Positions 32,819 through 43,074 of a DNA stretch of 64,000 nucleotides are shown piece after piece. Origin of the DNA: Clostridium sp. UBA4548 (GTDB lineage: Bacteria; Bacillota; Clostridia; Clostridiales; Clostridiaceae); the NCBI RefSeq assembly GCF_002387895.1, contig NZ_DGLI01000002.1:21345-85344 (forward strand), given 5' to 3'. The first letter of the stretch is position 1, and every line of letters begins with the position of its first letter. The notes beneath the pieces are model-generated. The model was not told where the DNA came from and did no database searches. It was given only the letters and a program-made list of their open reading frames with translations. A program made the translations under genes and the position numbers.

Positions 32819-32846
32819 ATTATTACCAAAGGGACAAGTTCTATAC
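32819..32846 (-). promoter_or_regulatory. Putative SigF promoter of spoIIR
   Basis: Minus strand GTATA...GGTAATAAT resembles the SigF -35/-10 consensus; spoIIR is an established SigF target. Confidence 0.55.
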
Positions 32847-33090
32847 ACATAATATAAAATATTTTTTATATTCTTTTGTGTCTATTCCTATAGTATTTTA
32901 AGTTAATCCATAGATATTCTTATGTTGCACCATAGCTTGTCTACCTTCCCACCTAACTACTATTATAAAAATCTACTAACTTCCACCTTATAAATGAATA
33001 GAGGCCTACTAGAAACGCCTATTGAACCCCCCCAAGAAACTTCCCTTAGAAAAATTCTAATAACCACTTTCTAATTAGCCCCTATATAGT

Positions 33091-34263
33091 TTAATTAGTT
33101 AATCCTACAGTTCTTATATGATTATCTACAGTAACCTTTATCTCTGCATTTTGATAAACTTCCGGCCATCTACTTTGAAGTTTACTCCAAATTCTAGGAT
33201 GATACTTTCTTAGGTTTTCTTTTACATTTAGCAAATCTACCTGAAGCTTATTTCTAGTGATATCAGCAATAGCCACTAGTTCCTTTTCCATTGAATCTGC
33301 AAAATACTGTTCAATTTCTCTTATGACATCTGTATTAAGCAAATTGGCATCTGTATAATAACCCTTAATTGTTCCCTCTGTAAAAATCTTATAATTCAGT
33401 ACCAACTTATCATCTACTAGTTCCACATCTACCTTGGTAGACACATCTCTAATATAATAATCTATAGGGTGCCCTTCTTTATAAACTACTTTTTTACAAG
33501 AACCTATGTCACCTCTTAGCAGTTGCACATCTGTAATTTCCTTATCATTCAAATACCCTACAATTTGAAAATCTTTAATTAAAGTTATTCCTGATAATAC
33601 TAACTTCTTATTCCCCTCCTCAAGTTTAAATAAAGGTAGCATATTCACATCACTTTGAGTGGACATATCTATATATTTATTTAAAGTAACGGGATACACA
33701 GATCCATTCCTACTATTATTTCCCATTAAACCTGTAATATAGTTTTCTATATTTTCTTCCATTAGAGGCTTGAACTTTACATAATCCTCTGCCTTTCCTT
33801 CAACTATAGCCATAACTGTAGTTCTGTTTAAACTTGGTTCCCTTTCTATGTAATCCATCACTTCTTTTGCAACCTCTGGATACCTAAATAACTCATCGCT
33901 TAGAAATAAAACTTTACTATGACTAAACTGAAGATTTCTACTACTTTGTGCAATAGCTTTAAAGTAAGTATCCGTCATAGAGTAACCATCTACAGTTATA
34001 GCAAGTTCTTCTGCAGTACCCTTTTCCTGTTCCATATTTCTTATGTCAGGAAATCCATAGGTTACATTAAGAATGTCCATAGATTTATCCGCAAAGGCAT
34101 CTGTAGGTTTTAATTCCTTAAGAGCCTCTCTTTCTTTAATATCTTTCCCAATATCTACGGCTATAGTAGCTACAAAAGCCTTTCTGTCTATCTCCACATT
34201 ATCCCAACAACCAGTAAGCAACATACTAATAATTAGTGCTGGAAGAACCTTTTTAATTTTCAT
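33091..34263 (-). CDS. Ger(x)C-family spore germination lipoprotein
   Basis: LLTGCWD lipobox; third gene of a gerA-type operon. Confidence 0.9.
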   Translation of the reverse strand: MKIKKVLPALIISMLLTGCWDNVEIDRKAFVATIAVDIGKDIKEREALKELKPTDAFADKSMDILNVTYGFPDIRNMEQEKGTAEELAITVDGYSMTDTYFKAIAQSSRNLQFSHSKVLFLSDELFRYPEVAKEVMDYIEREPSLNRTTVMAIVEGKAEDYVKFKPLMEENIENYITGLMGNNSRNGSVYPVTLNKYIDMSTQSDVNMLPLFKLEEGNKKLVLSGITLIKDFQIVGYLNDKEITDVQLLRGDIGSCKKVVYKEGHPIDYYIRDVSTKVDVELVDDKLVLNYKIFTEGTIKGYYTDANLLNTDVIREIEQYFADSMEKELVAIADITRNKLQVDLLNVKENLRKYHPRIWSKLQSRWPEVYQNAEIKVTVDNHIRTVGLTN

Positions 34264-35362
34264 TTTTAACCCCTCTCCCCTTCCCATTCCTAATATAGCT
34301 TACTAAAAAAGTGATCCCTATAACCACAAACAGCGTTCCAATGAACCCCATTCTAATGAAGCCCATCTTTAAATTCCTTACATCTACCACGCTCTCAGGG
34401 AATAAAGCCGCCACATAAATCACTGGTAAAAATATCACGGAAGCAATTTTAATATCTTCAATATTAAATACATGTTTTACTATATAAGATGAAAAATAAT
34501 AGGTATTGGCAAAGGCAGTAAAATAGAAAATGACCCAAATTGCCATAATTAAGCTATCCCATCTTTCTAAAAATCCAGTTCTTGATGTAATGGACTGAAT
34601 CATAGTAATGGTTGGGAAAATTGTATTTCTAGTTTGATCCACAGATAAAGTGGCTGCCACTAATATAAAGGTAATTCCATAAAAGGCCCCAATAAAGAAA
34701 CTACTTCGTCTCAAAATCTTCCCTATTCTCTCCTTTTTCTTAACATAAGGTATTAAAATAAATACCATAGAAAAGCCATTTAGCAAAAACAACAGTTCAA
34801 AGCTTCCCTTTAAGTAGTTAGGAGGCGTTGTTGAAAACACCGGTAATAAATTAGTAAAATCTGCAATGGGCAGTGTTAAAAGAAAAGCCAGTATAGCTGG
34901 AATAAATATCATCCAGAAAGCCAATTCATTAAAGTTTACTACATTAGCTAAACCACCTCTACTCAAGAACATACTTAGAAAAATCATAGTTATGAGAACA
35001 ACTTCAGTAGGCGTATTAACTAGTAGGAACATAGTTATTACCTCAGAAAATACTCTTAAAGATATACCTAAAGCAAGTATCATCATAACTGCATAGATTA
35101 TAGATATAATTCTCCCTAAAACTCCGCCATATATATTTTTTAGTATTATTACAATATCGTCATAGGTGTTTACTCTCATGATGTAATACATCATATACAT
35201 AATTATAAATATAGCTGCCGCTGTGATTATGGCCACTACCCAACCATCAGCACCCACATACTTTGCTACTAAGGAAGGGCTATAAAACACCCCTATACCA
35301 ATCATGGATACTACTAAACTTGCAAACAAACCAAAGTCTTGTATAAAATTTTTATCTTTCAC
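34253..35362 (-). CDS. GerAB/GerKB-family spore germination permease
   Basis: Multi-TM APC-like protein with TP and FLERWD motifs, between the A and C subunits. Confidence 0.88.
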   Translation of the reverse strand: MKDKNFIQDFGLFASLVVSMIGIGVFYSPSLVAKYVGADGWVVAIITAAAIFIIMYMMYYIMRVNTYDDIVIILKNIYGGVLGRIISIIYAVMMILALGISLRVFSEVITMFLLVNTPTEVVLITMIFLSMFLSRGGLANVVNFNELAFWMIFIPAILAFLLTLPIADFTNLLPVFSTTPPNYLKGSFELLFLLNGFSMVFILIPYVKKKERIGKILRRSSFFIGAFYGITFILVAATLSVDQTRNTIFPTITMIQSITSRTGFLERWDSLIMAIWVIFYFTAFANTYYFSSYIVKHVFNIEDIKIASVIFLPVIYVAALFPESVVDVRNLKMGFIRMGFIGTLFVVIGITFLVSYIRNGKGRGVKNEN

Positions 35363-35379
35363 TTTTTATTCCTCCAATT

Positions 35380-35556
35380 AGGCATTTGAAAATAAATAAT
35401 AAGTCAAAGATGTAAAGGATATTTTGCGTTCACAAGCAAGCTTGTGCTGACAAGGAAACAGGTTCCTTTGATAGTTGAGCTATCTAAGGGTTCTGTTGAC
35501 GCAGTATAACACAAAATAGACAAGCATACTGACTTATTTATTTTTTGAAGATGCCT
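35380..35556. mobile_element. MITE-like palindromic intergenic element, family 1, copy 2
   Basis: Same terminal inverted repeats and internal hairpin as 7807-7966, plus an extra CACAAGC-AA-GCTTGTG hairpin. Confidence 0.75.
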
Positions 35557-35563
35557 CAGACAG

Positions 35564-37024
35564 TTATTTTTGTCTCACCTTATCATTAGGTTCTAAAAAT
35601 TCCGGTCTTTCCTTAAAGTCCTTTAGAGGCATTCTTACATATAAATCCTTCAAGTCCTTCATAATAGTATTTACTGCTGGTGCAAGATACGGTATACCAA
35701 AGCTCTCTATTCTTGTTAAATGAATTAACAAGAATATAAGACCTAGCATAATACCATAAAGACCCAAAAATGAAGAAAGAAGAATAAGCATTACTCTAAA
35801 ATAAGAAAAAGCAGTAGTCACAGTGTAGTTTGGAATTAAAAATGTAGTTATCGCTGTGAGTCCAAGAACTATAACCATAATAGGACTTACAAGTCCTGCA
35901 CTAACTGCTGATTGACCAATAATAAGACCTCCCACAATACCGATAGTTGAACCTACAGGTTTTGGTAGTTTTATAATTGCTTCTATTAAGAAGGCTAAAG
36001 CTGCTTCCATAAGCAAAGCTTCAACATAGGCTGCAAAAGGTACCCCTTCCCTTGAAGCTGCTATTGCATAAGCAAGCTTTGTAGGAATAAGTCCTGTATG
36101 AAAAGAGGTCATAGCTACATAAGCTGCTGGTAAAATTAAAGATAGTACTATGGCAAACAATCTTATTATCCTCACCACAGAACCACTTAACCATCTATTG
36201 TAATAATCATCTGGCGATTGGAAGAAATTCGCAAGCACTGCTGGAACAATTAAGGCAAAGGGAGAATTATCAACGAAAATTGCAATCCTTCCTTCATATA
36301 AAGCTGCCGCTACCACATCAGGCCTTTCTGTACTTTGAATTTGTGGAAATGGAGTCATTTTATTATCTTCGATAAATTGCTCTATATATCCACTATCTAA
36401 AATTGCATCAATACTTACACCCTTTAATCTAGTTTTCAACTCATCAAGAATTTCCTTATTTACTATGTCATCGATATACATTATTGCCATATCGGTTTTA
36501 GAACGTACCCCCGCTTGACTTGGCTCAACCTTTAACCTAGTATCTCTAATTCTTCTTCTTACAAGAGCTGTATTAAATCTTATTGTTTCTGTGAACCCCT
36601 CTCTAGAACCTCTTATTACCGTTTCTCCCGAAGGCTCTCCAATACCCCTATTAGGCCAAGCTCTGTTAGCAATAGTAAGAGCTGCTCCTAAATCATCGAT
36701 AAAAACTAAGGATTCCCCTGCTAGCACTGCATTTATTCCATCTGCTAACTTTGTAATTTTTTTCATATCAGAAATTGCAATAATCTTATCCATCAACTGC
36801 TCTGGAGTTATGTTTTTTCCCCCATTATCCATCAATGGCTCCAATAAAAAATCGTTAAGTAGAGTTTTATCAGCCATTCCATCAATATAAACTAATCCAC
36901 CTTTAAGATTACCTATATTAAATTCCCTAAATACAACATCTGCTGCATTTTTAAACAGTTCCTTAACATACATCATGTTTTGTTCTGTTTTTTGAGAAAT
37001 GTTTTCACGAATTTGTTCTTGCAA
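35564..37024 (-). CDS. GerA-family spore germination protein (GerKA-like)
   Basis: EPSGETVIRGSREGFTE, PFPQ...TERPD and SREGVPF motifs. Confidence 0.93.
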   Translation of the reverse strand: MQEQIRENISQKTEQNMMYVKELFKNAADVVFREFNIGNLKGGLVYIDGMADKTLLNDFLLEPLMDNGGKNITPEQLMDKIIAISDMKKITKLADGINAVLAGESLVFIDDLGAALTIANRAWPNRGIGEPSGETVIRGSREGFTETIRFNTALVRRRIRDTRLKVEPSQAGVRSKTDMAIMYIDDIVNKEILDELKTRLKGVSIDAILDSGYIEQFIEDNKMTPFPQIQSTERPDVVAAALYEGRIAIFVDNSPFALIVPAVLANFFQSPDDYYNRWLSGSVVRIIRLFAIVLSLILPAAYVAMTSFHTGLIPTKLAYAIAASREGVPFAAYVEALLMEAALAFLIEAIIKLPKPVGSTIGIVGGLIIGQSAVSAGLVSPIMVIVLGLTAITTFLIPNYTVTTAFSYFRVMLILLSSFLGLYGIMLGLIFLLIHLTRIESFGIPYLAPAVNTIMKDLKDLYVRMPLKDFKERPEFLEPNDKVRQK

Positions 37025-37053
37025 CTATCTCACTTCCCTTTCTTCACCTAAAG

Positions 37054-37155
37054 TATAAGGAACCAAAACTACCACTTAGCTTATACATAAACCCCTATTG
37101 ATTCCCTTAAAACTTTCTAAAGGTTATAACCTAAAGTTCACCTTCAACCTCTATA
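37054..37155 (+). repeat. ~100-bp two-hairpin dispersed repeat, family 2 (degenerate)
   Basis: TATAAGGAACCAAAA...CTTAGCTTATACATA...TTGATTCCCTTAAAAC...CTCTATA. Confidence 0.55.
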
Positions 37156-37182
37156 ATCTATGTAAATTCATAAATATTACCT

Positions 37183-37395
37183 TTAGACAAACATAAATCT
37201 AACAATGTATAGCGCTATTGCAAGAGCTGCTACACCAACACCAAAATACCTTGCCTGTTTATAGGCAGTTTGCTTATTTTCAGTTTTGAACTTTTTAGCA
37301 TCAAAATAGGCTACTAATATACCTGTAGCAACAGAGAGTATAAGCAGATACAAGTCAAAACGTTCAATAATAGTTCTAATCATAAGCCTCATCAC
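37183..37395 (-). CDS. Small two-TM membrane protein upstream of the ger operon
   Basis: 70-aa ORF with two hydrophobic segments and RBS AAAGGAAG. Confidence 0.65.
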   Translation of the reverse strand: MMRLMIRTIIERFDLYLLILSVATGILVAYFDAKKFKTENKQTAYKQARYFGVGVAALAIALYIVRFMFV

Positions 37396-37608
37396 ATCTT
37401 CCTTTATTAAAAATTTCCTATTTAGTTTTAACTAATATGATTTTTATATACATAAAAATAAAAACCCCTACTAGTCGCTCTAGTAGAGGTGAACTTTTAT
37501 ACAGCACAATTTAAGCAAAAACTTCCTCTGAGAAAAATTCCTCTGAGGAAGTTAACCAATTAAAGAACTCCTTTTGTCTAATGACCTTAGGAGAATACTT
37601 TATTAACT

Positions 37609-38451
37609 TTAAATTGTAGTTGTAACAAACACTTCTTTATATTTTCCCTTTAACTTTTCATAACAGCTTTCTGCTTTAGCTCTATGTTCAAAGAAACCAA
37701 ATACCGTTGGTCCACTTCCAGTCATCATGGCTCCTAAAGAACCTTCTTCTAGCATAAAGTCCTTAATCTCCTGTATTTCCTTATGATTTTTAATAGTAAC
37801 CTGTTCCAGCAAGTTCATCATATTTTTAGCCACATAACTAACATCATCTTTTTCCATAGCCTTAATTAATTCTTCAGTATTTGGATGATTCTTAACCTCA
37901 TTTATATCAAAAGACTTGTATACCCCTACAGTGGACACTCCAAAATTAGGTTTAACCACTAGCAATACTTTTCCTTGGAAAGGTCTAAGAGGTGTAATTA
38001 CTTCCCCAATTCCTTCACAAAGAGCGGTGCCGCCAATAATGCAGTAAGGTACATCTGCACCAATTTTCACTCCTAATTTCATTAACTCTTCATCACTAAC
38101 CTGAGGATTATATAAATCTCTCATGGCTCTTAAAGCCGCTGCTGCATCGGTGCTTCCCCCTGCCATACCAGCTTCCATGGGAATGTTTTTATTAATATGC
38201 ACATTCACTCCACCTTGAACCCCATATGTATTCTTAAATAATTCTATAGCCTTATATACTAAATTTCTGTTATCCGTGGGTATGCCTTCTTTATTACAAG
38301 CAATATGTATCCCTTCATCACAAGGTTCAAAGGTAAGTTCATCATAAATATCTACAGTTTGCATAATCATTCTAAGCAGATGATATCCATCTTCTCTTTT
38401 TCCAACCACATCTAAAGATATATTTATTTTACCGTATGCTTTTAATTTCAT
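37609..38451 (-). CDS. ispE: 4-diphosphocytidyl-2-C-methyl-D-erythritol kinase
   Basis: KINISL...DGYH, IPMEAGMAGGSTDAA and MTGSGPTVF GHMP-kinase motifs. Confidence 0.96.
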   Translation of the reverse strand: MKLKAYGKINISLDVVGKREDGYHLLRMIMQTVDIYDELTFEPCDEGIHIACNKEGIPTDNRNLVYKAIELFKNTYGVQGGVNVHINKNIPMEAGMAGGSTDAAAALRAMRDLYNPQVSDEELMKLGVKIGADVPYCIIGGTALCEGIGEVITPLRPFQGKVLLVVKPNFGVSTVGVYKSFDINEVKNHPNTEELIKAMEKDDVSYVAKNMMNLLEQVTIKNHKEIQEIKDFMLEEGSLGAMMTGSGPTVFGFFEHRAKAESCYEKLKGKYKEVFVTTTI

Positions 38452-38998
38452 TGTATTCACCAACCTATGCGTTTTCTTCCACATAGATAAACTACATCTT
38501 AACTTTAAATAAAGTTAATCTCTTACCCCTTTAGAGTTAAAAAACTCTTTAAATTTGGAAGCGGTTTATCTATATTATTTAAACTTAGTATAGTATATAT
38601 TTTGTAACATATGCAAATTAATTTATGCTTGTAGACAATAAAGAAAGTATAGTCCTCTGTTGTTCCTATATTTAAGGGAAAGACAGAATGTTAGTGATAT
38701 AGGGTTCCATGATAGAAATTTAACTCTGGATTTCTATAGCAATAGACAAGTATTAAAGACAGTAAGTCACCCTATACTTACTCATTTACTTAATAAAAAT
38801 GGAAGCTTATAAAATAAATAGATAAAGTAAAATTTAAAGAGGGCCTGCCCTAAAGGCAAAACCCTCTTAATATAAATAAAGTAAAAACATTATGTCTTAT
38901 TGATTACTATCTATTAATAGTAATATTTCTCATCACTTTCAAAGGTAGTTAATGTTTTGATTTAGATAAAAAATTGAGTCATTATAATTAGGAAATCC

Positions 38999-40561
38999 TT
39001 ATACTACAGCTCTTCCTGGTATAATTAACTTTTGAGTTGGCTTAATATCTGCATTTTCAGCCATATCATTTATAGCCATTATTTCTTCCTTAGTAGTAAA
39101 GTATTTCTTAGCTATTTGCCATAAAGTATCTCCTGGCTGAACTACATAAATGATGATGCTTGCTTTTTTCTTAGGAACTTCATTTTCTGAAGCCTGTAAG
39201 TCCACTAGGAACTTTTTCTTAGCATTATAGCAAACCTTGCATTGAGCTCTAACGATAGCTCTAATAGAAATATTTCCAACCTCAACACTAGCTTCTAACA
39301 TTTCTAAGTAAACCTTTGTTATTGCATCCATATTATCCATAGCACCACTTATTTCTATTTGAGAAGTAAAGGGTATTTCATCACAGATAGACGCAACATA
39401 TTGTGCTTCATCCTCTGTAGAATACAACACATCAACTTTTAAAACTCCTTCAATAGTTACCTTATCATCAGAAATCTTCTTATCAATAATTGTCACTATT
39501 CCATTTGCCATTATAACCTTATTAGGTTTAGGCATATCCTCTCCAACTTCAATATCACCCTTAACAAGACTTTCGTGTTGTCCTTGTCCTTGGATAACAT
39601 TTATATCATATTCCTCTGCGTTCATATCCAAGATATTAGTTGGTGAGTAAGCATCCTCTATCATCTCTACTTCTTCTTTATACATAACATGAGTGCAGGT
39701 CTTAACTAAGAATTCTATATCAATTATTCTATTTTCACCCATATCATCTTCCCTTACATCATGTTCAAAGGAAGCCACCATAAAGTCCGTATAATGCTCC
39801 ATATTTGGTTTTAAGAAATCCACATTAAGTTCTTTATTTAGTGGAACATTTGCACAAACTGAAACTAAATCCTTGCAGCCTTTAACCTTATATAATATAG
39901 TCACATTAGCTACTGCCTCTACACGTATTCCACCGTCAAACAATCTAATATCCTTCTTACCTATGTTAACATTATAATTAACTACTTTACCTACTTCAGG
40001 TTTATCCATGTCTACTTTTATTTCAGCCTTACCAATTATCTCTCCATTAATTGGATCCATAACCTTGTCTATGGTCATTGGATTTTTCAAAAACTGAAGG
40101 TCATTACCATTTTCTACATCCTTAACTATTTCAAAGGAGTTCATCTTATAAGAATCGCACTTAATACTCATGATTCCTTGAATAGCTATTTTTCTTTCAT
40201 TTATAATTATGCATTTTATATCTTCCATGCATAAATCTATTTCACAAAGCATGTCATTAGTAGCACCATTAACATCAAGACTACTTGCGAATTTAGAATT
40301 ATAAGTAACAGGATGAGCTTCAATAACCTCATCTTCTTTAGCCATGTAAAGAACTGTATATTGAATTTGTCCCTCTACATTGACCTTTCCATTTGAAACC
40401 TCTTTATTTGTTACCATAGGCTTAGCATCTAGTGTTAACACTTCATTCACATCTGGAAGTGTATCTGGTATTACGTATTCTTCTTTTACTACCATGTCTG
40501 TTGAATTTTGACCTAATAATTGCTCGTACTCTATATTGTCCTTGATTAAATCCAAGCGCAT
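38999..40561 (-). CDS. Spore coat morphogenetic protein with DUF3794/SPOCS repeats and C-terminal LysM (SipL-like)
   Basis: Repeated V.VEG...Y units and LysM YVVQPGDTLWQIAKKY; between veg and ispE. Confidence 0.85.
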   Translation of the reverse strand: MRLDLIKDNIEYEQLLGQNSTDMVVKEEYVIPDTLPDVNEVLTLDAKPMVTNKEVSNGKVNVEGQIQYTVLYMAKEDEVIEAHPVTYNSKFASSLDVNGATNDMLCEIDLCMEDIKCIIINERKIAIQGIMSIKCDSYKMNSFEIVKDVENGNDLQFLKNPMTIDKVMDPINGEIIGKAEIKVDMDKPEVGKVVNYNVNIGKKDIRLFDGGIRVEAVANVTILYKVKGCKDLVSVCANVPLNKELNVDFLKPNMEHYTDFMVASFEHDVREDDMGENRIIDIEFLVKTCTHVMYKEEVEMIEDAYSPTNILDMNAEEYDINVIQGQGQHESLVKGDIEVGEDMPKPNKVIMANGIVTIIDKKISDDKVTIEGVLKVDVLYSTEDEAQYVASICDEIPFTSQIEISGAMDNMDAITKVYLEMLEASVEVGNISIRAIVRAQCKVCYNAKKKFLVDLQASENEVPKKKASIIIYVVQPGDTLWQIAKKYFTTKEEIMAINDMAENADIKPTQKLIIPGRAVV

Positions 40562-40626
40562 AACAATATCCCTCCTAAAATACCTACTAATAATTTATAT
40601 AGACAACCATAAAAAAATATAACTAA

Positions 40627-40680
40627 TGTCGAAAAAAAATATAGTACAAATTTCGCTATAAATTGTTGACATATGTCGAA
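40627..40680 (+). promoter_or_regulatory. Two Spo0A boxes upstream of the SipL-like gene
   Basis: Perfect TGTCGAA at 40627-40633 and 40674-40680. Confidence 0.5.
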
Positions 40681-40899
40681 AATTATTTTACAATTAAGAT
40701 GGTTATTGACCATATAACCTCTCATAAATTCTCAATACCCTTTTATACCATAGCTGAAAGATGGATTTTCCATCTTTCTTTTTTTTATGGAAATATTTTT
40801 ACCTATTATGAGATCCAACCCCATATACATTAGCTTTGTACATTTAATTATATTAAGCCTACTTCCAAAATAGAACTGATGATAAAAAAATATAAAAAG

Positions 40900-40932
40900 A
40901 AAAGGTGAAGTATTTTAGTACTTCACCTTTTT
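40900..40932 (-). terminator. veg terminator
   Basis: AAAAGGTGAAGTA/TACTTCACCTTTT inverted repeat. Confidence 0.75.
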
Positions 40933-41013
40933 ATGAATAAAACTGTATAGATTGTTTAATATTAAATATTAAACAAATATAAATCCTAGATGTCATCATT
41001 AAATTATGTTTTA

Positions 41014-41250
41014 CTAAACTGCAAACACTAACTGAACAGTCTTTGTTAGCACATCGCTATAACTGTATGTAACAGTCCTTTGAGTTGCATTTTCTAGTCT
41101 AATTACAAATATACTGTCATAAGTTTTCTCTAAAACGCCGTCATTAACTATAATCTTTCTTCTGCCGCCGTTAGCCTTTAATGTTACCTTTTCGCCAACA
41201 TGACTCTCAATGTCGTTTTTAATTGAAGTCAATACATTTTTTCTCTCCAT
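41014..41250 (-). CDS. veg: Veg family protein
   Basis: LKANGGRRK and YSYSDVLT motifs. Confidence 0.93.
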   Translation of the reverse strand: MERKNVLTSIKNDIESHVGEKVTLKANGGRRKIIVNDGVLEKTYDSIFVIRLENATQRTVTYSYSDVLTKTVQLVFAV

Positions 41251-41273
41251 GGTAGCACCTTCTTTCTCTTTAT

Positions 41274-41302
41274 ATTATAAGGGTAAAACTCATTTATGTC
41301 AA
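41274..41302 (-). promoter_or_regulatory. Consensus SigA promoter of veg
   Basis: TTGACA-17 bp-TATAAT on the minus strand. Confidence 0.8.
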
Positions 41303-41945
41303 GTAAACCTACAATTGTACAATATGAACATTATATTTGTCAATGTTAAAATTCTGTTAAATTTCTTGAATTATTGCATAAGTTGGGTTTTTTGTCGAAT
41401 ATGTAAACATTAAATGTTAAATTATTCAATTTAATTAGACACCTAGAAGGAAAGCAACGCTTACAAGATTTCATTTTTATAAAGATATTTTCATGTGTTA
41501 ATAAAGCAAGTTACTACTTAAAAAGTATTTTTCATTTTTTCACTTTTTCATTTCAAAATCCGAGATTAGTATGTGCTTAAATATATTTATATATTCTACT
41601 TTCCTATAAATTTATAAATTTTTAACAACTTATTTAACAAAATCTTATCTGTATAGTTTTTTTATAATAAACTTATAGGATTACTAAAATTAAATTGACT
41701 TTTATATATGAGAAGTTCCTATAGAAAAAAACTATTCTATAGGAACTCTTTATAATTATAATCTCCTTAGGGTTATTTTTAAGGCTATCTTAAAATTCTC
41801 TAAGGTTAATTGTTCTATGAACTATTAATAAAAGTAAATAAATTCATACCTAAAAGTATAAATATGCATTGCATATAGACTCTATTTAATTTTATATCTC
41901 ACTAACAAACTAATAAAGCTAACAAAACTAATAATTTAAAGCTTA

Positions 41946-42866
41946 TTATCTTATATACTGAGATTTAGGATAACCTTCTCTGTACTTACCCCTTGTTTGA
42001 AGGCCTCCAACACCCTTTATTCCTGTAATGGTATTTTGTATAGCATCTTGCAAATCTACAATTTCATTAATATTGGTATAAGCAATTTTTTCACAAATCA
42101 TTACAGGGTCCAGGCAATGTATAAGAACTCTGCTAGGGGAACTAGCAAAATTAGCACCCGCATCCAAAAGCGCCTCATAATTTGATTGGCAGGCTCCTGC
42201 AAAAATAACTAATTCATCATAATCAGACTTATAAGCTCTTAAAATAGATACACATTCCACGAAATATCTAGAATTCCTATAATTACTTAAATCCATATAA
42301 TCGGGAGCATCCTTTGTCATTCCATCATGCCCAGTAATAACTACTATATCAGGATTTACTTCCTTAACTAGGTCTAGAATTTCTAAAGGTTGATCCTTTT
42401 CTGCTATAACTTTTCCTACAGCTTCAATAGAAAGTTGCTTGTAGGTTTTTAGACACACTTCCAAGTATCCTGGATCTCCATCTATGTGAAGGACTTTTCC
42501 TGGTCTTCCAAAAAACATTTCTTTGTTTGGCATGGGTATAGGGTTATTAGTTTTACTCTTTCGCCCCTTTACATAATAAGTATCCTCTAGAACCTTAGCA
42601 GGCTCCCCTCTATATTGATTCCCAGATCTACTTAAGAGGATTTTCTTAATAGAGGCATTAACCTTCTTGTTAAACACCCTATCCATTTCCCCTAATTCAT
42701 CTTCACTTACTAGCTCTAAATCTTCCTCTAGGCAATCTGCTTCAATTCTAATATTTAATCCTTGAAGGATAAACTTTTCTACCCCATACTCTTCTCTTAT
42801 ATCAATGATTTTAAAAACAATGTCCCCATCATAAGATCTTCTTACTACTCTATCTCCAATTTTCAT
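41946..42866 (-). CDS. yabG: Sporulation-specific protease YabG
   Basis: PGKVLHIDGD, ITGHD, FAGACQS, ANFASSP and HCLDPV motifs. Confidence 0.95.
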   Translation of the reverse strand: MKIGDRVVRRSYDGDIVFKIIDIREEYGVEKFILQGLNIRIEADCLEEDLELVSEDELGEMDRVFNKKVNASIKKILLSRSGNQYRGEPAKVLEDTYYVKGRKSKTNNPIPMPNKEMFFGRPGKVLHIDGDPGYLEVCLKTYKQLSIEAVGKVIAEKDQPLEILDLVKEVNPDIVVITGHDGMTKDAPDYMDLSNYRNSRYFVECVSILRAYKSDYDELVIFAGACQSNYEALLDAGANFASSPSRVLIHCLDPVMICEKIAYTNINEIVDLQDAIQNTITGIKGVGGLQTRGKYREGYPKSQYIR

Positions 42867-42896
42867 AACATCATCTCCATTAAAGACTTGTATTAC

Positions 42897-42924
42897 ATAC
42901 TATGTACTTTTATTAGTAATGGTG
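42897..42924 (-). promoter_or_regulatory. SigK promoter of yabG
   Basis: Minus strand CACC-16 bp-CATAGTAT matches the SigK consensus; yabG is an established SigK gene. Confidence 0.7.
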
Positions 42925-42978
42925 AAGTTAATTATTATTTTTTTATTTGTTGTTATATATTTAAACAATTTATTAACA

Positions 42979-43053
42979 TTGATATATTTTTAACAAAACC
43001 TATTGCATTTTTTATCCAAGATTATATAATGTAATTAGTTAAATAAATAACAA
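42979..43053 (+). promoter_or_regulatory. adhE promoter flanked by two Rex-like boxes
   Basis: TTGATAT-N4-TTAACAA (42979-42996) and TAGTTAA-N4-ATAACAA (43036-43053) flank TTGCAT-16 bp-TATAAT. Confidence 0.6.
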
Positions 43054-43074
43054 ACTTTCAAGGGGGTATATCCT

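Noticed and set aside
32860..33090. Further family-2 repeat copies between spoIIR and the ger operon
   Set aside because: Only short TATA-bounded fragments resemble the consensus; too degenerate to support by eye.
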